Shown in pieces: positions 8,141 to 14,103 of a stretch of DNA of 17,707 nt. The notes beneath the pieces were generated by a model. It ran no database searches. It was not told the DNA's origin and saw only the letters and a list, made by a program, of their open reading frames with translations. The translations under genes and the position numbers were made by a program. Source of the stretch: Candidatus Nanohaloarchaea archaeon (GTDB taxonomy: Archaea > Nanohalarchaeota > Nanosalinia > Nanosalinales > Nanosalinaceae). Position 1 is the first letter of the stretch, and the number at the start of each line of letters is the position of its first letter. The DNA lies in NCBI GenBank assembly GCA_041640075.1, contig JBEQAY010000023.1, positions 1 through 17,707 of the forward strand, given 5' to 3'.

Positions 8141-10240
8141 TCAGAAGTTTTCCAGTTTCATGTTCCCGCCGTACATCTGTTTTCTGATCTGTTCTCTGTC
8201 TATTCCAGTAGGTGAGAGGATGCTCTCCGACGCACGGATCAGCAGTGTCTTGTAGTGATCCACGTCATAGTCCTGAGTTTCCTCAAACTCAAGTCTTACA
8301 CGCCCCATTCCTTCCTGTTCATCATTCACTACAACATATCTGACGCTTTGACCGGGTTTATATTCAATCCCATGATATTCAGCTCTTTCCAAAGCCGCAA
8401 CAGTACGGTTGTTAACTGTGTAGGCTTCCAAGGGCTTTGTGATTCTGGTTTCAGTAACTAAGTCATTGAAATCTACATTACCTCTATCAAGTTGCTTAAA
8501 CTTTTTCCTTAGAACACTATAGACATCTCCGGAACTATGATCGTTGTCAAATGCTTCAATCATTTCTTCCTGAGCCTGTTTAACAAACTCGCATGTTGAA
8601 CTCTGCTCTACTTCTATACCTGCTGTTTTGAAACTTCCTTCACCTTTCTTTCCAAAGTAACGGTTTAATGTACCTACCTTGGCACCTTTACCAGCTCTAG
8701 GCACAAATGAAACCCATTCAAAATCATGCTCAAACTCCAAATCAATACCTACATGTCTACTCACTTCTTCACAAACTTCAGATAGCTCAGTAGCATCTTC
8801 TACTCTTTTTGAAACCCATATACTGTCTATAATACCGTGCTTCACTTCCCAACCATTTTCCTCGAATATCTCTTTCGATTCTCTCATAATTTTCCTGGCA
8901 TAGGCATTGATAGCTTGGTGACATTCAATAGCGCCATAAGATGCATGTGCATGACCCATATACCCGAAGCAAGTCACTAATAGCCATTTTATAGCATCTA
9001 TAGCCCCTTCAACATACTTCTCTCTTTCAAGGTCCTCTATGCCGTTGTCTCTCTCATTTTTGTACTCTCTGCGATCCGCGACAAGCGGTTCCAGAACCTC
9101 CGGAATGAATCCTTGCCTTTTCCGGCATATACCGAAGTCGAGCTCAGGTACCTCAGAATTATCGCAGCAGTCGCAGCATACAGTTTCGGGTGAGATGTTT
9201 CTTGTGATCATGATATTTGGGTACATTGAGGCGAAGTCTACCTCGTAGACGTCTTCGTGGATAGTGGGTTCTGGGTTGAAGATAAAGCCTCCTCTATCGG
9301 CTTTGTGTAGTGTTGCAGCTGTTTTTGGTGTTTCTCCTTCCCAGTTTTTCCAAGGGGTTAATACGTTTTTCTTGTGGAATGCTTTCCGTATCTCTATGGC
9401 AGTTAACAGGTTTCCAATGCTTCCCCAAGCCAACTCTTGCAAAGGCTTCCAGCTTCTGTCCACTAGATCCCAAAGTCCTTCGACCGTTGTCTCACCTAGC
9501 ATGAAGCTGTTGCTGCGGTCGATAAGAATGCGTCCGGGAATGTTATACCGGGCAGATGAGTGCATAGTTTTACCGTAGCTTGAAACAGTGTTTTCGCCAG
9601 CCAGTTTCTCAAAACCTTTCACCCTGCCTAAACCTCTTTCATACCCTTTAGCCTGTAATTCTTCCGCTATCAGTTTCAGGACCTGGCCACGATTCACAGT
9701 TACAATATCAGGATCTTGATCTAGAAACTCCTGCATGAACTCTCTCAAAACTTCTGGGTTAGAACCGTTGAACTCATGCTCATTCAATGAAATACCATCT
9801 AGCTTCCCTTTTGCCAGTCTGTGGCGTGGAAGATCTATATCCACTCTTTCAAGATTGACATCTGGCCGTGGATTCACTTCTTCCTGCAAACAGTAACGGA
9901 ACTGTGGGCTTAGAGATACGTGGTAGAGCCGGAAACGTCCTCTTTGAAAGTTTTTCTTCAAACCCGAAACTACTTTCCTGACTTTGTCTTCTGAGGATAT
10001 ATCTACTCTGAGAACTTTTCCAAGAGTATCCTGTGAGAGGCTTGTTTTCCATTCTTCGAAGCATGTTGCTTTTACGCTTTTCCTGCTTGCTATCCAGCTC
10101 CTGGTCTTGTGTAGATCGTTTCTGGTGCCGTCAATGTAGATTCTAGGCCTGTACTCTCTATCTATTTCACGTTTAACACCTTCTTCAGTCTTACTCCATA
10201 GTACTGCGTTGCCTTTGAAGAAGTCTACTTTGAAGACCAT
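8141..10240 (-). CDS. polB2: Family B DNA polymerase, archaeal PolB2 group
   Basis: Motif A DFASMYPNIM, motif B KWLLVTCFGYMG, motif C HGIIDSIWV (first Asp of YGDTDS lost, as in PolB2). No recognisable Exo I motif. Cys cluster CCDCC...C. Typical gene neighbours present. Confidence 0.92.
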   Translation of the reverse strand: MVFKVDFFKGNAVLWSKTEEGVKREIDREYRPRIYIDGTRNDLHKTRSWIASRKSVKATCFEEWKTSLSQDTLGKVLRVDISSEDKVRKVVSGLKKNFQRGRFRLYHVSLSPQFRYCLQEEVNPRPDVNLERVDIDLPRHRLAKGKLDGISLNEHEFNGSNPEVLREFMQEFLDQDPDIVTVNRGQVLKLIAEELQAKGYERGLGRVKGFEKLAGENTVSSYGKTMHSSARYNIPGRILIDRSNSFMLGETTVEGLWDLVDRSWKPLQELAWGSIGNLLTAIEIRKAFHKKNVLTPWKNWEGETPKTAATLHKADRGGFIFNPEPTIHEDVYEVDFASMYPNIMITRNISPETVCCDCCDNSEVPELDFGICRKRQGFIPEVLEPLVADRREYKNERDNGIEDLEREKYVEGAIDAIKWLLVTCFGYMGHAHASYGAIECHQAINAYARKIMRESKEIFEENGWEVKHGIIDSIWVSKRVEDATELSEVCEEVSRHVGIDLEFEHDFEWVSFVPRAGKGAKVGTLNRYFGKKGEGSFKTAGIEVEQSSTCEFVKQAQEEMIEAFDNDHSSGDVYSVLRKKFKQLDRGNVDFNDLVTETRITKPLEAYTVNNRTVAALERAEYHGIEYKPGQSVRYVVVNDEQEGMGRVRLEFEETQDYDVDHYKTLLIRASESILSPTGIDREQIRKQMYGGNMKLENF

Positions 10241-10243
10241 GTT

Positions 10244-10510
10244 TTAGGCTTCTAGTTCCTCTTCTAAGCTGTCAAGACGGTTTTCCAGTTTATCGATGTC
10301 CTTCTGTAATCCCATCATTATTGAGATCATTGCAGGTAGGCCTGGGTTGGATGGGTTCATGTATGCTCCTGCTGAGGCATATCTGTGGGCTTTCTCCCAG
10401 AGCCTGTCAAGATATTCTTTATTTTGTTCTCTGAGACCTTTTCTGAAGGGCTTGAATCGTTCCGTAAATCTTTCTAGGTGGTTTCTATATGTGGCGTTTG
10501 TTCTTCCCAT
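10244..10510 (-). CDS. Small PolB2-associated helical protein (arCOG07300-like)
   Basis: MGRTNATYR N-terminus, which I recall as typical of this family. Ends 3 nt before the polB2 ATG and has a coiled-coil-like C-terminus. Confidence 0.82.
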   Translation of the reverse strand: MGRTNATYRNHLERFTERFKPFRKGLREQNKEYLDRLWEKAHRYASAGAYMNPSNPGLPAMISIMMGLQKDIDKLENRLDSLEEELEA

Positions 10511-11183
10511 CGTATTCCACTTTTACCGTGTTCTGAAGTTTTCTGTGGTTTTTCTTTTTCCAGTATGGTAGTGTGGTCTGCATTGCTCCGTTTTTCCTGT
10601 AGAAAAGCTGTTGATCCTGATTAGACTTGTTCCTCAGACCCTGACTCGTTTTTTCAATTTCTATCTCGTTGTCAGTGATTTGCTGTAGTTCCAGGTTGAT
10701 GTCGTGAGGTCTGTGGTCGTGGACGCTGTAGAGGATTTTCAGGTCCGGTCTGGCTTGTCTGAGTGTTTTCAGTTTGTTCAGTATTTCTGAGAATAGGTCC
10801 TCTACTTCTTTCTGCGATACGTTCCCGGTTTTGTACTGTTGGTCGATGTTAGGTAGTATGATGTATTCTGTCTCTGGTTCCAGGAACTCTTCGATTCTGT
10901 TGGTTATGTGGTAGTGTTGGAATGCTGTGAATGCTCTGCCAATCTCTACTCTGTGCAGGAGTTCTTCGTTTCCTGCAGATGAAAGGGCGTATGTTGATGA
11001 TTGGTTTCCTGAGTCTATCCATACTGCTTTCTTGGTTGTGTTGGTCATGTGTTCGCCGAGTATCAGCTGGAATATCGGTACGTCTTCCTGTATTTCTACC
11101 TTGTTTATACCTGTTTCTGGTTCCGGTATTTTACGGGTTGCTGAACGGTTGGATGGTTTTCTCTGTTGATATCTGTTGTTCAT
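10485..11183 (-). CDS. Inactivated RadA/RecA-like (ImuA-like) protein of the PolB2 cassette
   Basis: AVWIDSGN and RVEIGRAFTAFQHY segments; no Walker A. Overlaps the next gene by 26 nt. SD-like GGGGAG lies upstream. Confidence 0.7.
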   Translation of the reverse strand: MNNRYQQRKPSNRSATRKIPEPETGINKVEIQEDVPIFQLILGEHMTNTTKKAVWIDSGNQSSTYALSSAGNEELLHRVEIGRAFTAFQHYHITNRIEEFLEPETEYIILPNIDQQYKTGNVSQKEVEDLFSEILNKLKTLRQARPDLKILYSVHDHRPHDINLELQQITDNEIEIEKTSQGLRNKSNQDQQLFYRKNGAMQTTLPYWKKKNHRKLQNTVKVEYDGKNKRHI

Positions 11184-11226
11184 GGAAAAAGTGTCTCCCC
11201 TCCCCTTAGAGGTGGCTATGAGAAAA

Positions 11227-11326
11227 GTTTAGATGGGGAATTAGTATCTTCCCCTGGTTGGACTGTTGGGTGGCTGCCCAGGCCTCTGGGATGTAAGTTT
11301 GAATGTTCATTGTTCCCCATTTAAAC
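11227..11326. repeat. 14-bp imperfect inverted repeat enclosing a 72-nt structured interior
   Basis: GTTTAGATGGGGAA (11227-11240) pairs with TTCCCCATTTAAAC (11313-11326) at 13 of 14 positions by Watson-Crick pairing. Confidence 0.75.
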
Positions 11327-11392
11327 CAGCCCGGAGGCTTCCGCAATTCCGGGAAAATACACTATACCGAACTTTTCCTATCAGTTGAACTC

Positions 11393-11400
11393 ATTTAAAT
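11393..11400 (+). promoter_or_regulatory. TATA box for tRNA-Trp (palindromic, possibly bidirectional)
   Basis: ATTTAAAT about 30 nt upstream of the mature tRNA 5' end at 11429. Confidence 0.6.
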
Positions 11401-11428
11401 CTAGCCCCAGAAGGTTTTCTTACCCGAA

Positions 11429-11623
11429 GGGGGTGTAGCTCAATCTGGGAGAGCGTCCGCCTCCAGAATCTTTTACTGGAGGGATGAGAGCCATTTCGTA
11501 AGAACTGGTTCGATGATTAAAAGTCGAAGCTGTTACAGACAGTTTCCTACTTCCTAGAAAATCCGTTGAGGATTTTCGTTTGGAGATAGCGGAAGGTTGC
11601 ATGTTCAAATCATGCCGCCCCCA
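11429..11623 (+). tRNA. trnW: tRNA-Trp (anticodon CCA) with a 121-nt intron at position 37/38; exons 11429-11466 and 11588-11623
   Basis: Acceptor GGGGGTG/CGCCCCC plus A, anticodon stem TCCGC/GCGGA with loop CTCCAG|A, T arm GCATG-TTCAAAT-CATGC. BHB motif: CTCC (11461-64) pairs with GGAG (11582-85), with bulges AG|A and AT|A. Confidence 0.95.
11467..11587 (+). ncRNA. tRNA-Trp intron carrying a box C/D-type guide predicted for Cm34
   Basis: CTGGAGG (11476-82) is complementary to tRNA positions 31-37. D-like box ATGA at 11484-87; its +5 nucleotide (11479) pairs with C34. C-like box ATGATTA at 11513-19 closes a k-turn over a GUAA-capped stem (11488-11511). Confidence 0.72.
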
Positions 11624-11637
11624 ACTTTTCACAGATT

Positions 11638-11662
11638 AATCTTCGGGAAGGTTTTTTCTTTC
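11638..11662 (+). terminator. Probable terminator after tRNA-Trp
   Basis: Short hairpin AATCTT-CGGG-AAGGTT running into a T-rich tract. Confidence 0.45.
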
Positions 11663-11682
11663 TACTTTGTATATTTCGGTTT

Positions 11683-12363
11683 ATGAGGAAAGTTTCCAGA
11701 GATGAGATGAGGGATCTTGACCGTTTGACTGTTGAGGAGTATGGTGTTTCTGAGGAGGTGTTGATGGAGAACGCTGGTCTCCACGTCGCGGATCTTGTCC
11801 GGCAGGAGTTTTCACGTGAGGTCAAGATCGCTGTGATCTGTGGCCGCGGGAATAACGGTGGTGACGGTTTTGTGGCTGCCAGACGCCTCCTGGGCTGGGG
11901 TTACAACATAGAGATATACACACCCTTCGAGGATGAGGAACTCGGTGACCTTGCCCTGAAGAAGCTGGAGACTGTCCGGAAGGTTGACTCAGATGCTGAG
12001 ATGAGGGACTTCCCGACCGCGAATATCTACATTGATGCACTGATAGGATACGGACTGGATGGGGCGCCACAGGGAAATGTTGCGGACGCCGTTGAGACGC
12101 TTGAGGAATGGTCAGCTGAGACCATCTCGGTAGACGTCCCTACAGGTGTCGACGCGGATACAGGTGAAGGATACACTCCGCACGTGAGCCCTGAGTACAC
12201 TGTGACTTTTGGACTGCCGAAGGAAGGTTTGAGAGAGGGGAACGCAGGTAAGATCTACGTGGCTGACATAGGTATACCTGTCGATGCCACAGAGGAGATC
12301 GGAGTCAACACGAGAAATCTTTTCACCGGAGAATCCATGATTGAACTGGAGAGTGTAAAATAA
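11683..12363 (+). CDS. nnrE: NAD(P)H-hydrate epimerase (stand-alone YjeF N-terminal domain)
   Basis: LMENAG, CGRGNNGGDGFVAARRL, IDALIGYG, SVDVPTG and ADIGIP motifs. Confidence 0.95.
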   Translation: MRKVSRDEMRDLDRLTVEEYGVSEEVLMENAGLHVADLVRQEFSREVKIAVICGRGNNGGDGFVAARRLLGWGYNIEIYTPFEDEELGDLALKKLETVRKVDSDAEMRDFPTANIYIDALIGYGLDGAPQGNVADAVETLEEWSAETISVDVPTGVDADTGEGYTPHVSPEYTVTFGLPKEGLREGNAGKIYVADIGIPVDATEEIGVNTRNLFTGESMIELESVK

Positions 12364-12364
12364 G

Positions 12365-13729
12365 ATGAAAACTATACTGATAGATATCGACTCACTGAGA
12401 TTTGACCAGTTAGGAGCCTATGGTCAGGATCAGGAGATTACACCAACTCTAGATGATTTTGCAGATGATTCAACAGTTTTCACGAACGCTTACGTGGCTG
12501 GAAGTCCAAGTATGCCGTCTCGTGCATCGCTCCTCTACGGCCGTTTCCCTATCCACCATCACGTAGAGACTCACGGCACTATGGGCCAGACGATTAACCA
12601 TCCGTACAGCTGGAGTTTCAGCGTCAAGAAGGACTGGGAAGGGGATCTCAGGGACTGGTGGAGCCTTCCTGAAGCCCTTTTCAGGAATGGTGTCAAAACC
12701 TGTGCTGTTTCCTCGGCTTCAAGGTATCCTGCGCCGTGGATGTTCAACTTCTGGAGCGAGTATCATCAACCCGAGGAGCCTGACGAGGAAATGAGTACCT
12801 TTGCCTCTGTAGAAGCTGAAGAGGTCGTGGACATCGGCCTTGATTTTCTGAAGGATGCAGAGGAGGAGTTTTTCCTTTACCTCCAGTTCTGGGATCCTCA
12901 CATGCCTATGCAGAGACCTGGAGAAGAGGTAGAAAAATTTGAGGACTTGGAGATTCCTGAGTATCCGACTGAAGAGCAGATAAAAGACCATCAGGACTGG
13001 GGAACCAAGAACTCGGCTTCGGAAAAAGAAGTTGAAAGCAGGGAAGATCTTAGAGAGCTTTACGCAGCTTACCGCGCAGAAGTAAACTACGTTGATCAGC
13101 AGATCGGCAGGATAATTGACGACCTGAAAGATCAAGGTATCTACGAGGAATCTCTGATTATCTTGACTGCTGACCACGGTGAAGAGTTCGGCGAGCACGG
13201 CGTCTACCAGGAGCACTGGAGCACCAACGAGAATACACAGAAAGTACCTCTTTTGGTGAAGACTCCAAACGAACCTGAAAATGCTGAGGTAGGTGAACTG
13301 GTAGGAAACGTGGATATACCGGCAACCGTTCTTGACTACATGGACCTAGACGAACCAGAAAAATGGCAGGGAAGATCCCTGAAACCTTTAATCAAGGATG
13401 AAAGCTTTGACTGGCGTGAGTTTATGGTCATGGATCATGGACTGCATACAGCCCAGAGATGTATACGCGACGGCAAATGGAAGATGATACAGACACTGCA
13501 TCCGGGCGACTGGGACAGGAAAATCCAGGAGATGCAGTTATTCAACGTTGAGAAGGATCCTTTCGAGCAGGAGAATCTGGCGCTGGAGAAACCGAAGCTT
13601 GTGGAGAAACTTAAGCAGAAGATGGATCTATGGGTGGAGCAACGCCAGTACAATGCTGATCCACTGAAAAAAGTCGGTGAACGAGGTCCAGCAGGTTTCA
13701 GGTATCTTAACGACCCTTTTGAGGATTAA
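12365..13729 (+). CDS. Sulfatase (alkaline phosphatase superfamily), Ser-type motif
   Basis: IDIDSLRFD, SMPSRASLLYG, DPHMP, YVDQQIG and TADHGE motifs. Starts 1 nt after the nnrE stop. Confidence 0.9.
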   Translation: MKTILIDIDSLRFDQLGAYGQDQEITPTLDDFADDSTVFTNAYVAGSPSMPSRASLLYGRFPIHHHVETHGTMGQTINHPYSWSFSVKKDWEGDLRDWWSLPEALFRNGVKTCAVSSASRYPAPWMFNFWSEYHQPEEPDEEMSTFASVEAEEVVDIGLDFLKDAEEEFFLYLQFWDPHMPMQRPGEEVEKFEDLEIPEYPTEEQIKDHQDWGTKNSASEKEVESREDLRELYAAYRAEVNYVDQQIGRIIDDLKDQGIYEESLIILTADHGEEFGEHGVYQEHWSTNENTQKVPLLVKTPNEPENAEVGELVGNVDIPATVLDYMDLDEPEKWQGRSLKPLIKDESFDWREFMVMDHGLHTAQRCIRDGKWKMIQTLHPGDWDRKIQEMQLFNVEKDPFEQENLALEKPKLVEKLKQKMDLWVEQRQYNADPLKKVGERGPAGFRYLNDPFED

Positions 13730-13804
13730 AGCTGTATTTTGGATATTTTGGATATAGAGGACTCTGGCTCTGAATTTTTCCCAGAGTTCAGAAAGTTTTT
13801 TCTT

Positions 13805-13912
13805 TCAGTTGCAGATGTAGTCCGTCCCGGAGTCCGTGACAGGATACTGCTGCATGAACAGCTGCATTGACCCCTCCATGTCCGAGACAGAGTTTATTTC
13901 GATTCCCCTCAT
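13805..13912 (-). CDS. Candidate 35-aa small protein
   Basis: MRGIEINSVSDMEGSMQLFMQQYPVTDSGTDYICN*, with G-rich SD-like GGGGGA before the ATG and TTTTTAAAT about 40 nt upstream. It lies in an otherwise empty 374-nt gap. Confidence 0.4.
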   Translation of the reverse strand: MRGIEINSVSDMEGSMQLFMQQYPVTDSGTDYICN

Positions 13913-13995
13913 TTGGTTTTCCCCCACGAACCATACCTTTCCCGCGACCAAATTTAAAAAGTTTGGTGTCAACAATCACATGGCTGAGCACTTGT

Positions 13996-14047
13996 CTGAG
14001 AACCCCTACAGCTGATATTGAAGGTTTAACAGGTTCTCAGGGTTCTC
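13996..14047. repeat. Inverted and direct repeats of GAGAACC in an intergenic region
   Basis: CTGAGAACC (13996-14004) and GGTTCTCAG (14032-14040) form a perfect 9-bp inverted repeat; a second GGTTCTC sits at 14041-14047. Confidence 0.55.
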
Positions 14048-14103
14048 TGTGTGGGAGCAACAATTTATATTCAGCAAGGCAGTAATTTTGAGTTGAAGGG
14101 TCT

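Noticed and set aside
8141..10240. Casposon, virus or intein association of the PolB
   Set aside because: Motifs are PolB2-type rather than protein-primed, and there is no cas1, capsid gene, terminal repeat or intein-sized insertion.
11227..11326. MITE interpretation of the 14-bp inverted repeat
   Set aside because: No target-site duplication, no second copy and no transposase in the window; kept only as a regulatory candidate.
11467..11587. Homing endonuclease or group I intron in tRNA-Trp
   Set aside because: Only 121 nt, has a clear BHB motif and contains no meaningful ORF.
11420..11632. 70-aa minus-strand ORF
   Set aside because: It is antisense to tRNA-Trp and its intron.
11685..11697. 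GAGGAAAGT resembling the RNase P RNA 5' motif
   Set aside because: It lies in the first codons of nnrE and no matching 3' P4 strand was found.
14037..14060. CAGG...GGGAGCAA resembling SRP RNA helix 8
   Set aside because: Spacing is wrong, there is no GNRA tetraloop, and no long SRP helices surround it.
13788..14085. ORF-track 67-aa and 72-aa ORFs in the intergenic gap
   Set aside because: Basic, non-halophilic composition, non-ATG starts and no motifs; the 35-aa frame has better signals.
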